Source of the DNA: Hanamia sp.
Lineage (GTDB): Bacteria > Bacteroidota > Bacteroidia > Chitinophagales > Chitinophagaceae
NCBI GenBank assembly: GCA_036565505.1
Contig: DATCMY010000117.1
Coordinates: 1 to 58,124, forward strand
Direction of reading: 5' to 3'
DNA: 58,124 nucleotides
Shown here piece by piece: positions 33,601 to 43,777 of this stretch. Positions within the stretch are counted from its first letter, which is position 1. Each line of letters starts with the position of its first letter. A program made the position numbers and the translations under genes. Under the pieces are notes generated by a model. It did not search any database. It was given only the letters and a program-made list of their open reading frames with translations, and was not told the DNA's origin.

Positions 33601-33988
33601 TGCCAACCCGGTTACCATTTTACAAAACAATCAACAGTACATTTTAAAAGTAGGAAATGCTGCGGGCTGTTTTGAAAGAGATACCATGAATGTTACCGTC
33701 TACAAGGTAGATGCAGGATTGTATGTGCCCAATGCCTTTACGCCAAATGGAGATGGAAGAAATGATATTTTCAAACCAATTCCACTTGGCATGAAGTCCT
33801 TAACTTATTTTAAAGTTTTCAATCGCTATGGTGAATTGGTATTTTCCACTACTCAACAGAATGTAGGCTGGGATGGCACGTACAAAGGAAAACCACTGGA
33901 CCCGGATGTGTTTGTATGGATTGTAGAAGGTATAGATTATGAAAATAATAAAATTTCAAAACAGGGAACAGTTATGTTAATAAGATGA
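30665..33988 (+). CDS. PKD/Ig-repeat surface protein with T9SS type B CTD
   Basis: Signal peptide followed by ANHTKGG; two PKD motifs; WxP...LSNPNIANP repeats; YVPNAFTPNGDGRND...FNRYGE...WDG. Confidence 0.92.
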   Translation: MKKFFLIFILSLYCFVSFANHTKGGWMYYEYLGQGINDPTKLRYKIVLKFYMICNPSPQQLDPQINFSYFDGGTNSFIENESVGLTENPNISNCTTVQCNPCITNIPSICYKIATYETTRELAPRPNGYIIAAQRCCRLTGIANIVNSNTVGDTWTINIPGTNILTTAPLNSSPKFIANDTAIVCANNYFKFDFTAIDPDNDSLVYSFAPAYNGGSPGNPSPLTAILPFTSVPYASPFSASQPLGPGVTIDSKTGIVSGIAPSSGIYVLTAVVKEYRNGIYIGEARKSLHIQVADCFPIRATLNPEYITCDGFSLTFSNETPNSNIQTYNWEFGDSISGINNSSTSSNPTHTFSDTGTYQIKLVVNKGLPCSDSTISLVKVYPGFFPGFKFIGNCVNSPIQFIDTSKTNFGTINSWSWNFGDGTTLSDTSHLQNPTYSYSAAGNYNIIFTVSNSKGCTKTVNTTNVPIIVNPVVTTLFKDSVYCGKDTIQLLSSTSFTGSYSWNPNVNIINANSANPLVFPTVPTKYFVTLNAGGCTNTDSVTVNPKFDLAAAITTSGASICEEDTIILSATSNHNPVNYIWSPANTLSAPNSQITKAFPANNTNYSLQVQWGNHCLANANTDITVKKLAIPDAGPDTSVCKNGSGVLLTATGGDNYIWRPATGLSNPNIANPLANPTVTTSYIVSAGVTGCLKRREDTVIVVNRDLPVISLTNDTLICSIDTLQLNSSSPGATQFLWTPNYRINNQNNASPLVSPQTPTTYFIQITDGYKCVNKDSVFVDVKQFVSIDAGNDTTICQTDAIQLKPISDALHYKWSPTATLDYDTLKNPIATPLSTTTYHVIGNIGKCQSSDNITIRVAPYPKAYAGTDANICFDSSTILRATGGSKYLWTPPFYLSNPNIANPVANPTSTIQYIVTVSDTLGCPKGVNDTVVVNVFPKIIANAGRDTSVVINQPLQLNGSGGETYLWSPATGLNNANIANPVTILQNNQQYILKVGNAAGCFERDTMNVTVYKVDAGLYVPNAFTPNGDGRNDIFKPIPLGMKSLTYFKVFNRYGELVFSTTQQNVGWDGTYKGKPLDPDVFVWIVEGIDYENNKISKQGTVMLIR

Positions 33989-34061
33989 TTTCTATTTTAG
34001 TTTTACAATTTTAGTTTTGCTTATCCAAAAAATCAACATTCTTTTAAAAAAATAAATAAAT

Positions 34062-34820
34062 ATGGATCGTACAATTTTTATTACCGGTGCCACTTCAGGA
34101 ATAGGGAAAGCATGCGCCCAAATATTTGCTGCCAATGGTGATCGCCTTATCCTTAATGGAAGAAGGAAAAAAAGATTAGAAGAATTAAAAAAAATTCTCG
34201 AAGAAAAATATAATACAGAAGTTTTACTTGCGGAATTTGATGTTCAGCAAAAAGAAGAAGTATTTAAAAGCATTAATAATTTTCCTGAAAAATGGCAATC
34301 AATTGATATTTTAATCAACAATGCAGGATTGGCTATTGGCCGCGATTTATTTGACGAAGCTGATATCATTGATTGGGAAACCATGCTGCAAACTAATGTA
34401 AATGGATTGATTTATGTAAGCAAAGCCGTATTGCCTTTTATGATAAAAAGAAACAGCGGGCATATTATCAATATGGGCTCTGTTGCCGGAGACGATATTT
34501 ATGAGCGCGGAAATATATATTGTGCTTCAAAAAGCGCGGTAGATGCTATTAGCCGGTCAATGCGTATCGATCTTCTGCCACATCATATAAAAGTGACCAA
34601 TATAAAACCCGGCGCTGTTGAAACTGAATTTGCCTTGGTAAGGTTCAAGGGAGATGAACAGAAAGCTGCAAAAACTTACGAAGGATTTACTCCGTTAACC
34701 GCCGAAGATATTGCTGACAGCATTTTTTATTGCGCTTCGCTGCCCCCAAATATTTGTATCAATGAACTAACCATTACCTGTACCACACAGGCGAATGGAA
34801 TTTATTTTTATAAAAAATAA
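34062..34820 (+). CDS. Short-chain dehydrogenase/reductase (YdfG-like)
   Basis: TGATSGIG, NNAG, YCASK, PGAVETEF. Confidence 0.92.
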   Translation: MDRTIFITGATSGIGKACAQIFAANGDRLILNGRRKKRLEELKKILEEKYNTEVLLAEFDVQQKEEVFKSINNFPEKWQSIDILINNAGLAIGRDLFDEADIIDWETMLQTNVNGLIYVSKAVLPFMIKRNSGHIINMGSVAGDDIYERGNIYCASKSAVDAISRSMRIDLLPHHIKVTNIKPGAVETEFALVRFKGDEQKAAKTYEGFTPLTAEDIADSIFYCASLPPNICINELTITCTTQANGIYFYKK

Positions 34821-35097
34821 GCTATCAGTTAACAGTTTACATATCTAAATCCCAAATCTTCAATTGGCCCGGAACACAAAAAATTATATTATCCCTCAAC
34901 CTATAATATTTTTTTAACTCTTCGCGTTTTTGGGAAAAGAAAGAATAAAATAAGCAATATCCTGACCTTTAATACGTTCTGATTGTAGATTTTTAAAATA
35001 AGTTTTGCTATTGTTAATTAAGAAAACCCTGTTGAAAAACCCTTAAAAAAATCAGGAAAAACAAGTAATATTGTTTGTCCAGTTCCTTACAATCAAA

Positions 35098-35586
35098 ATG
35101 AAAAACCCGTTGAAAAATCATTTATTGATTTTAATCGTATTAATGTCTTTATGCATTAACGCGAGAGTATATGGACAGGATAGAATAAGACAAGTTTCAT
35201 GTTTTGATTCCACGTTAAAAAGGCAGGCGGATAGTTTAAAAGAAAGTTTATCGAAGCAGGGGTTTATAGTAGTAAGAGAAGCAACGATGACCATGGAAAG
35301 TGAATTTGAAATGCCGGTAATAGTTCCATTAACCCAGGGCAGCCTGTATGATTTTGCTTTTATTGGCGATATGTCGTCTAAACTTTATGAATTACGTATG
35401 TACGATCAGAATGAAAAGCAGGTAGTATATGAAAAACATTATGGCGATGGAATGCAAAGCAATATCATTAGTTATAATTATATTCCAAAATTTACGGAAT
35501 ATCATATCATAAAACCTGTTCAGGTAAATAAAAAGAAAAAGAAAAATATTTGCGGATATATAATCATGTTTAAGAAAGTGAGATAA
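35098..35586 (+). CDS. Hypothetical exported protein
   Basis: Start reassigned to ATG 35098, which gives a signal peptide (MKNPLKNHLLILIVLMSLC...). No recognisable family. Confidence 0.7.
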   Translation: MKNPLKNHLLILIVLMSLCINARVYGQDRIRQVSCFDSTLKRQADSLKESLSKQGFIVVREATMTMESEFEMPVIVPLTQGSLYDFAFIGDMSSKLYELRMYDQNEKQVVYEKHYGDGMQSNIISYNYIPKFTEYHIIKPVQVNKKKKKNICGYIIMFKKVR

Positions 35587-35616
35587 AGATTTTTTTTGTA
35601 TGCTTGTTGATAACTT

Positions 35617-35648
35617 AACCCGGGGTCTGATTAACCTCGGGTTTTTTA
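35617..35648 (+). terminator. Intrinsic terminator
   Basis: AACCCGGGGT-N7-ACCTCGGGTT followed by a T run. Confidence 0.7.
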
Positions 35649-35815
35649 TGCCCTATTGTTGGTGATAGGTTCTTCGGTTTTATGGAAGGAGGAATCGCTC
35701 AAGCAAACCAGGGAAGATTTTTGGGAAATTTATCAAGTCAACCTATAAATTTAAATACTATTTTTTACCACAAAGATTCAATAAACTTCCTGCTTGTTGC
35801 AAATAATCTCCGCCG

Positions 35816-38800
35816 TTACTGTGCCAACGAAATCCTCACTTGTACTCCAGCCCTTGTATCTACTGTAGGCGCCGATGATGAAATGTATGGATCTACCCTT
35901 CGCTGATCGAAATACAATTTTACATTAATGCGGTTGCTGATGTAATAATCTATGGTTGGACTAATGGTAATTTCCTTGCTTCCGTTGGTAGCAAATGAAC
36001 TGTTTTGATCGAGGCGGCTATTAGATGTTACATTATCCCTTATACTGAAATCGAGGCGGAAATTGATTTCATTATCCAATTTTTTGGTATCCTTTTTACT
36101 AAATGGAACTTTAAAAGGTAGTTTCATACCGCGTTTACGGAATCCACCTCCAAATGTAAATTCGGTGGAGCGTACTTCGCTTAACTGGTAATCAATCAGG
36201 CTAAGGCTTAGCTGTCTTTGTTTGGTATAATCAAATTTAAGATTGAGTTGATTGGTAAACGTCATATCAACTCCAATAAGCGGTGCAAATTGTTCCTGAA
36301 TAGTAATGTTGGGCACTAAGAAAAAAGGAATATAATTATTAGAAACCGTATCAATAAATGAAGGGTAATTATAATGAGAAACGTCCCTATACAATAAGGC
36401 TGATGTAAAATTATTCATACCTAAACTTGCATTGTACGCATGCGTCAATGAGAAATTGGTAAATATTTTATCAAGGCCCGGAATCCTGCTTAATCCATTG
36501 TAAGCTATACGCCAATTGGGTTTTGGCAAAATACCGCTGAAAGGATTTGATTTAATGTTGGAATTATTTTGTTTGATCAAAGACACTTTGGTAGGATCCT
36601 GACCTGTATAAGCAGCTACAAATGCAGGAACCAATACGTCTACCGCGTACCTTCCATAACCTAATGAGTAGCCGTCAGCGCCGGTAGGATTGCCCTGGAG
36701 TTTATTATACTCATTAAGTGCGCCTAATCTTTTTGATAAAATTTGCCGGTAATCCTGGAACTTTAAAAACGTTGCCGAAACCCTGTTGGGATCATACTTT
36801 TCAAATAAAGTATGGAATGCGATATAACTTACATTAAACCCACCATGAATGTAAGGGCTAAGGTGCGAAAAATGGTTTCCACTTCCAGTAGTATCTTTAA
36901 ATGTTTCTGAATAATTTTTATTAAAAGTTTTGTCAAGATTTACATCAATAGTAAAATCCCTTAAAGGTTCTAATTGTGCAGCAACTGAGAAATGCTGATC
37001 AAAATTTTGAACAAAAAGATCGTTAAACGTAGAATCTTTTGATATCAAACCACGCTTGGCAGCACGGTTCAGCCAATTGGAATCAGGTTGTTGCCCTAAA
37101 ATAAAACCAAATCCCGGCGCCATACTTTTAAAGTTTTCTCCTAAATATTGAGTACTGTCTGTATAGCCGGGTAACCTGGTATTACTGTTTTGCGAAAGCG
37201 TTGCATTTACTGATTTTATACTCGTCAATAATTTTCCAAATACACGCAAAACCCCATTTACTTCAGGCAAATCATTAGGGCCTTTTTTAGGCTTTACAGT
37301 TAGTTGTTTATTCTTTCCATTTGTAGTATCCGAAGGATTTTCTTTTGGCTTAGGTTGTACTGGCTGGTCAATTGCCCGCAACCATTTGGATTTGCTGTAC
37401 AATCGTGTAAAATCCAATTGCAGATTCGCCTCTTCCTGTTGACCATTTTCCAAAAAATTTCCCAGATTAGCAGCAAGCCTTGAAGCGCCAATCCATCGAT
37501 AGTTGGCAGTATAACTCAACCGCATGGTAGTCCAGTCTGTAAGCGGAAATTTATTCAATGGAACATTATAGGAAAAATTGACCGTTTGGGTAAAAATAGT
37601 ATTTCTACCACCTGCAAAAAGGTTTCGTCTTACCGTATCTTTTTTCGCTTTTGTATCTAACCGCCCATAAGGTTCATCAATCCTTGCATTGTTCAATGCG
37701 GAATAATCAAGATTGAGAGAATGGGTAAGATCCCATCTTAAAATATAATTCCTGTCGAAGGTGAAATACTTGTCATAAGTTTCAGGTGTAAAATATTTAT
37801 CTCCACCTATACTGCGTGGTTTTATTACACCAAATTGCCTGAATATATCTGCCTTAAATGTAAGCTGAGCCGGAATAGGATTGAAGTTAAAATCTTTTAC
37901 CAGGTCGAACCAATGCGTTTTTGTTTTTTTGAATAATTTTTTAAATGGCTCAAAGAATTTTGGCCTTGGCGCAAAGTTATAACCCAAGCCACCACGCTGT
38001 TTGGTAACATTATTATATTCTATTAGCGGATTATACGCTTCTGTTTTGGTATAAGTATAACTTACATCAAGATTTTCAATATCCCATATTTGAGGCTTTT
38101 TATTGCCCGTTCGGTTTTTATGAACATTGGTAAAACTGATGGTTTTTATGGAAGCAAAATCAATGGCATTATTCCTGATAGAATCCCGTTGGCTTCTGGG
38201 CGCTTCATTTAATTTTTGTTTCAACGTAATATCCATATCAAATGGATCATACTGCGGTGTACTTATTGTTTGAGAAATACTCGCATAAAAAGGAACGGAT
38301 AAAGCTGCTTTTTTTGGTAAAAGTTTTCCGAGCTCGAGGGTAGCGGCTGCATCAAACTGTAAGAAATTATCTTTAAATCTATCATTCACTCCCTGTTCCA
38401 ATGTCCCGAAACCATTACTGTGCGAATTGGCCGAAACAGAAATAGTACCAAGGTCTGATAGGTTAGCATCAATTCTCGCCAACGAGGCCCAGCCGCCTTT
38501 TTCATCCAAAGAAGACAATCGAAGTTCATTAAACCACAGTTCGCCGCAGGCCGCAACGGCATTCGTATTTTCAACACCCATTAAAATTCCTTTTACTTCT
38601 CCCAGGTTTGGATTTCCCATAATTGCATAAGCCTGGCCATTGGACTGCAACTCGGAGTACAAGGCATTCAAAGGAGAACTCGATAGATTTCTTTTAGTTT
38701 TAATCTGGGTAAGAACACTTAAATCAAGATCAAGATTATTACTCTTTATCCATAGAGTATCGTTGTAAGCAAGGCTGTTAGGATCGAGTCCAAGATTGAG

Positions 38801-41800
38801 AGGTGTTAATTTTAGAGGTATTCTTACTTCGTAATAATTATTTACAAAGTCACTACCGATTCTAATAACAGCGGTAAGATCATTTTGGTTTAGTTGGCTT
38901 TCAACATTTCTCTCTGCATGAATATACATTTGCAATTTCCTAAACTGCCTTAAATCCCTGTTGGCGAAAGTTTGAAAAACAGCTTTACCATCATTTTTTG
39001 CAAGGTTACAAAATTGGAGTGTGAGTGATTGTTCATTTTGCAAAAGATTTACTCCATTGTTACTTAAAGTTTGCACCCTTTCAATATCACTAGGTGTACG
39101 ATAAGGCAAAGGAGAACGCTTATCATTTTCTTCAATATTTACCGCGCCCACATTAAAGTCATTCGTGTTTTCATTTGCATAATTACCAGTGGAATCCATT
39201 TTATATTGGAACTTTCTCCAGGTATTTCTTACCAGGTCAAGTTTACCAAATCTAACGGTAACACTATCCTGGAAACCGGTTAAAAACATCCTTATAAATC
39301 TAATGGATTTAAAGTCGGGAATATTGCCTACTTTTTTGTTATAAGAATTAATAGGAATCCTCAGTTGATACCATGTTTCAAGCCTTGTAGTACCATCCAC
39401 AAGTTTTACATTAACCACTTTTTTATCAACGATATAATTTTGGCCAATTGTCATGTCAGGCGCTGATGGCGGTTTTAAATCAACAACATATTGAAAATAT
39501 TCTTCTGTTTCATTTAAGGTATTATCATGATTCAGATCTTCCTGATCTGGATATAAAGTAGCAGCAGAAGAAAATTGTGAATTATTATCGGCTATAGGCG
39601 AATTTCCCTGTGGGTTATTAAAATATTTATAGCGTTCCAATATACCCGCATTTTGTGCATCAAGATTACTTCCGCGATAATATTGATAATCATCTGAAGA
39701 AGGATCTGTAAGTGCATCCTGGTAAATTTTGGAACTGGTACCAAAATTGGCAGCAAGTACGTCAAGGTAATCACCTTTGCGAAAAACTTTTTCCCCATCA
39801 TCAGTTAATCCGTCAAAACCTACATCCTGGTAAGACCTGTCTTTAGGATCATTACTAAATGCATTGGTTACCTGCACAGGATTACGCGGCACTACACCCC
39901 AAATGGATGTATCTACCTGCGCCGGTAAATTAGGTGTAGGCAATCCGTTTTCATAAAACCTTCTGGAATCTTTTAAAACATCTTCTGAAATATTTCCAAG
40001 GTTAATATAAAATTTTCCTCCTGTACTGTTTGGATTCAAAATAAAAGGATCCTGCACCCAACATTCTATGTATTCGATATTTGCTGTTTCAAAATCTGTC
40101 TGGTCAATACTTCTCATTAAGCCGCCCCATTTCTTTGTCGGATTTAAAAATTTTCCGTTGGCATTCATATCAGCGGTTGAAGCATCGTAATTATAAGGGC
40201 CACGATCGGAAGGATAATAAGAAAGATCAAAAGTGATCAATTGGTTTTGGCCAAAATCGGTTGTTCGTTGCGGAAATATCTCTGTCTGTGAAACGGCACG
40301 CACACGTGGATCTGAAAGTGCGATTTTATTTCCTCTCAAAGGATTATTAATATTTTTCGGATCCTGTAAAGTAGGTTCAATCTGGTACCAGGAAATCCTT
40401 GCCCTGTTTTTTCCATAATCAAGGCTGTTACTCGCAGTAGCTTCAGGAAAAAGGATTGCACCGTTTTCGTCCGTAGCGCCCAAAGGCGTGGAAGCCAATG
40501 CCCAGCTAATTGGCGGAAAACGAAGATCAATATCACTCTTACTACCTTCAAAATCATCAATATATACTACTCCATTATTTCCTTTTCCTATTTGTGGAGC
40601 ATGACCCGGTTTCAAAAATGCAACCTCGCCATAAGCATTTATTGATGAAGGTGCGGTGCTATTAAAAAAAGGAAGTTTATTTAAAATTTTAGTTAACCGG
40701 GGCATATCACGGCGGTAATTCCCGTCTAACCCATACATGGTATTTCGTATCGGGTCTTCGCCATAATTCACTTTTGTAAAATAGGGCCTTTCACTAAGCC
40801 TTACCATAGTTCCACCCAAAGACAATTGCTCTTTTGCGGTATTTTTTATTTGGTAATCAAGTCTCAACCCCATATAGCTTTTCTGCTGCAATCCAAACGT
40901 GGCATTGTTTTCATAATTAACCTGTACGGGTAATCCGGCATTTAAGATTGCCTGGTTTATAATTTTTATAGTACCAAGATCATAGTTGATTGTATAATCA
41001 ATATTTTCACTCAATTGCTGGCCTCCGGCGGTTACTGATACAGAGCCGGGTGGTATGTTATATCCAATACTGATATCAGAAGATCCTGAAGTTTTTGCAG
41101 AGCCTTTTAAAATAAACCTGTCTAAGTTAGGAAATTGTTGTTGCGCCGTCGCCTTTATTGAATCATATAAAGGATAGTATAAACTATCGGCACCCAATGC
41201 CGGATTACTGAATAATTTTGGGGCAATATCCCGACCAAATGGCTGTAGTAAAGGAAAGATAATCCTGCTGTATTGTGAGAGAACCGTGTAGCCTTCAACG
41301 AAATCAAAAACACCATCAGGTTGTGGATCATTTTGATTGTTCAACCTGTCTAAATTCACCAAAGTTAAAATTGGTGTGCCTTGATTTAAATCACCAAAGG
41401 GTACATATCTTTTTGAACCCAGGCCCGGTTGTTCATATAATACATTCAGGTTAAAATCCTGTCTGTCCAATGATCCAAAACCTACACTATACACATTCTT
41501 CATCATCAGGTTCCAGATTGGAAGATTGGGGCGTTGTGAAGTGGCTTTTAATAATTTTAAAAACAATACTTTCTGATTGCTTGAAGTAGAATCCGGTGGC
41601 ACATCCTGTGAGAATTCACCCACCTGGTAAATTCTTCCGTTGTATGAATATTGATAAGCTACAGCGAGCACTTCATCCGGTTGCAATGGCTGGCTAAGCG
41701 ATATAAAACCCACTTTGGCATTATAGATATATTGAGTAGAATCCAATTTTCTCGCGAAAGTCTTTTCAAAATCCTGTACAGGGCTTAGTCCGATATTACT

Positions 41801-43027
41801 TATTAATTCGTTGGTAATAAGGGCAGGATTGCGGCTGCCCGGCATATTAATGATAGAACTGTATTCATTATTGGTGCCATTAGAGGGCAGTGTACCTGAG
41901 GCGGTAAAATTGTGATAAGGTTTGGATTCTCCAATATCCATAAGCCCTACTATTTCCCTCGCATTGGTGGTAACTCCATTTTTATTGGTAACCCATACTT
42001 CCATTCTTAATATCTGTACCGGTGTAGTTACTGCCGGCAGGTTACTCATTACTTTATTGTAATTGTCTTTAAAATATTGCCCCAGCAAAAAGTGCCTGTT
42101 CTCTTCATAATCATCAGCCTTCAATTCAAATTGTTGCGCCGCTGCACCACCCTGTAGATTTACCGATTGCCTTTGAGACTTTTGATTGGCGATTACAGTA
42201 GTAACAAACAGTTTTCCAAATTGAAGTTGGGTTTTTATCCCAAACAAAGATTGTGCTCCGGGAATTAAAGTACTCCGTGATGGAAAAGAAACATTTCCCG
42301 CTTCGAAGCGCTTTAAAATTTCATCATCTCTGCCGGTATAGTCAAGTTTCAATTGGTTGGTAAAATCTAAATTGGCAAGTGTGTTATAGCTAATCGGGAA
42401 TTTTAATTTATCGCCAATATTAGCGTTTACATTTAATTGCGCAGCCATATTAAAATCAAATCCACCATTCTTTCTTGCTTTTTCCGGCAGTGTAGGATTT
42501 TTTATATTTTGCCCCTGGTAGCCGGCGGTAATATCTACATTTCCCTGGGGTTGAATATCTATTTTTCCATTTCCAAAAAGCCTGTTGAATAAATTATCAT
42601 AAATACTCAATTTTGGTTTTACGCGGCCGCGGTTAAGTATGCTAAGTGTATTGGCCCTTTTTTTAAAATATTCCATTTCCGCTTTACGGGCCTCCAATGC
42701 CCTGAATTCTTCCGCGGTATAATAGGTAGGCGTTCTATAAAAATGATTACCTATTTTTTCATAGACAATATAGGTTTTGGTAGCAGGTTCATACACAATA
42801 GAATCACTGATATTGGGAGGTAATTTAAAATCGTAAACAGAAGGATTGCCAGAAATAAAATCTCCCCTGCGGTCGTGTATAGGAAAGTGTAAAGAATCGT
42901 TTCTACGCACCACAGATGAATCCTGTGCAGTTGCAATGGAGATTCCTGAAATTGAAAAAACCATTGATAGAATACAATTCATTATCAACCCAAAATTATT
43001 CGGTACCAATATTCTTTTACGCGACAT
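35816..43027 (-). CDS. sprA: T9SS translocon SprA (Sov)
   Basis: 2403 aa; GAQSLFGIKTQLQFGKL, YEENRHFLL, YIDDFEGS, DFKSIRFIRMFLTGF, LWFNELRL. Lies downstream of ruvA as in other Bacteroidota. Confidence 0.96.
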   Translation of the reverse strand: MSRKRILVPNNFGLIMNCILSMVFSISGISIATAQDSSVVRRNDSLHFPIHDRRGDFISGNPSVYDFKLPPNISDSIVYEPATKTYIVYEKIGNHFYRTPTYYTAEEFRALEARKAEMEYFKKRANTLSILNRGRVKPKLSIYDNLFNRLFGNGKIDIQPQGNVDITAGYQGQNIKNPTLPEKARKNGGFDFNMAAQLNVNANIGDKLKFPISYNTLANLDFTNQLKLDYTGRDDEILKRFEAGNVSFPSRSTLIPGAQSLFGIKTQLQFGKLFVTTVIANQKSQRQSVNLQGGAAAQQFELKADDYEENRHFLLGQYFKDNYNKVMSNLPAVTTPVQILRMEVWVTNKNGVTTNAREIVGLMDIGESKPYHNFTASGTLPSNGTNNEYSSIINMPGSRNPALITNELISNIGLSPVQDFEKTFARKLDSTQYIYNAKVGFISLSQPLQPDEVLAVAYQYSYNGRIYQVGEFSQDVPPDSTSSNQKVLFLKLLKATSQRPNLPIWNLMMKNVYSVGFGSLDRQDFNLNVLYEQPGLGSKRYVPFGDLNQGTPILTLVNLDRLNNQNDPQPDGVFDFVEGYTVLSQYSRIIFPLLQPFGRDIAPKLFSNPALGADSLYYPLYDSIKATAQQQFPNLDRFILKGSAKTSGSSDISIGYNIPPGSVSVTAGGQQLSENIDYTINYDLGTIKIINQAILNAGLPVQVNYENNATFGLQQKSYMGLRLDYQIKNTAKEQLSLGGTMVRLSERPYFTKVNYGEDPIRNTMYGLDGNYRRDMPRLTKILNKLPFFNSTAPSSINAYGEVAFLKPGHAPQIGKGNNGVVYIDDFEGSKSDIDLRFPPISWALASTPLGATDENGAILFPEATASNSLDYGKNRARISWYQIEPTLQDPKNINNPLRGNKIALSDPRVRAVSQTEIFPQRTTDFGQNQLITFDLSYYPSDRGPYNYDASTADMNANGKFLNPTKKWGGLMRSIDQTDFETANIEYIECWVQDPFILNPNSTGGKFYINLGNISEDVLKDSRRFYENGLPTPNLPAQVDTSIWGVVPRNPVQVTNAFSNDPKDRSYQDVGFDGLTDDGEKVFRKGDYLDVLAANFGTSSKIYQDALTDPSSDDYQYYRGSNLDAQNAGILERYKYFNNPQGNSPIADNNSQFSSAATLYPDQEDLNHDNTLNETEEYFQYVVDLKPPSAPDMTIGQNYIVDKKVVNVKLVDGTTRLETWYQLRIPINSYNKKVGNIPDFKSIRFIRMFLTGFQDSVTVRFGKLDLVRNTWRKFQYKMDSTGNYANENTNDFNVGAVNIEENDKRSPLPYRTPSDIERVQTLSNNGVNLLQNEQSLTLQFCNLAKNDGKAVFQTFANRDLRQFRKLQMYIHAERNVESQLNQNDLTAVIRIGSDFVNNYYEVRIPLKLTPLNLGLDPNSLAYNDTLWIKSNNLDLDLSVLTQIKTKRNLSSSPLNALYSELQSNGQAYAIMGNPNLGEVKGILMGVENTNAVAACGELWFNELRLSSLDEKGGWASLARIDANLSDLGTISVSANSHSNGFGTLEQGVNDRFKDNFLQFDAAATLELGKLLPKKAALSVPFYASISQTISTPQYDPFDMDITLKQKLNEAPRSQRDSIRNNAIDFASIKTISFTNVHKNRTGNKKPQIWDIENLDVSYTYTKTEAYNPLIEYNNVTKQRGGLGYNFAPRPKFFEPFKKLFKKTKTHWFDLVKDFNFNPIPAQLTFKADIFRQFGVIKPRSIGGDKYFTPETYDKYFTFDRNYILRWDLTHSLNLDYSALNNARIDEPYGRLDTKAKKDTVRRNLFAGGRNTIFTQTVNFSYNVPLNKFPLTDWTTMRLSYTANYRWIGASRLAANLGNFLENGQQEEANLQLDFTRLYSKSKWLRAIDQPVQPKPKENPSDTTNGKNKQLTVKPKKGPNDLPEVNGVLRVFGKLLTSIKSVNATLSQNSNTRLPGYTDSTQYLGENFKSMAPGFGFILGQQPDSNWLNRAAKRGLISKDSTFNDLFVQNFDQHFSVAAQLEPLRDFTIDVNLDKTFNKNYSETFKDTTGSGNHFSHLSPYIHGGFNVSYIAFHTLFEKYDPNRVSATFLKFQDYRQILSKRLGALNEYNKLQGNPTGADGYSLGYGRYAVDVLVPAFVAAYTGQDPTKVSLIKQNNSNIKSNPFSGILPKPNWRIAYNGLSRIPGLDKIFTNFSLTHAYNASLGMNNFTSALLYRDVSHYNYPSFIDTVSNNYIPFFLVPNITIQEQFAPLIGVDMTFTNQLNLKFDYTKQRQLSLSLIDYQLSEVRSTEFTFGGGFRKRGMKLPFKVPFSKKDTKKLDNEINFRLDFSIRDNVTSNSRLDQNSSFATNGSKEITISPTIDYYISNRINVKLYFDQRRVDPYISSSAPTVDTRAGVQVRISLAQ

Positions 43028-43055
43028 CCAACAAATAAATTAGGGTAGATTTCTA

Positions 43056-43640
43056 TCAAATAGCTTTTAGGGCTTTTTTTATTAATGCTTCAAGATTGTT
43101 TATGGATGGTTCTGAAATAACTATTTTTTTAATAGCCTGTTCCGCTGCAGGCCGTGAAATTCCTAATGCCACTAATGCATTTAACGCATCTTGTTCCAAA
43201 GTATTGCCAATAAACTGAATTCCTGGCACAGAAGTAGACAATTTTGATACTTTATCTCTTAATTCAAGTATTAATCTTTCCGCTGTCTTTCTTCCTATAC
43301 CTTTTACACTTTCCAATAAAGATGCATTATTCATCATAATAGCATTGGTTATTTCCGCAGGCTTCATACTAGACAACATCATTCTTGCTGTAGCTGCACC
43401 TACCCCTGAAACACTAATCAGCAATATAAACATTTCTTTTTCCAATGCATCAAAAAACCCAAACAAAGTATGAGAATCTTCCTTTACCTGCAGATAGGTG
43501 TATAATTTTCCTTCCGCTAAATGTTGAATATGAGAATAAGTATTCAGGCTGATATTTACTTCATAACCCATGCCCTGCACATCTACATAAACCACTGCAG
43601 GATTTTTATAAGTAAACTTTCCGGATAAGTAGGCTATCAT
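43056..43640 (-). CDS. ruvA: Holliday junction branch-migration protein RuvA
   Basis: Start reassigned to MIAYLSG. Motifs LISVSGVG, VKGIGRKTAERLILELRDK, ALNALVALG. Confidence 0.96.
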   Translation of the reverse strand: MIAYLSGKFTYKNPAVVYVDVQGMGYEVNISLNTYSHIQHLAEGKLYTYLQVKEDSHTLFGFFDALEKEMFILLISVSGVGAATARMMLSSMKPAEITNAIMMNNASLLESVKGIGRKTAERLILELRDKVSKLSTSVPGIQFIGNTLEQDALNALVALGISRPAAEQAIKKIVISEPSINNLEALIKKALKAI

Positions 43641-43777
43641 ATTTGATTTTAAAGTCGCCAAAAATAAGTAATTCAACGTAATGACTACCATATTAAAATT
43701 TTATTATTATCTATAACAAATCGAATACTCAGGATGTTGTATTTTTATCGCCTTAATTAAAATATTTTTTATAAAAA

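Noticed and set aside
35020-35120. GAAAA(A)CCC(T)GTTGAAAAA direct repeat around the start of the hypothetical gene
   Set aside because: Only two A-rich copies, one of them coding; insufficient evidence for a regulatory site.
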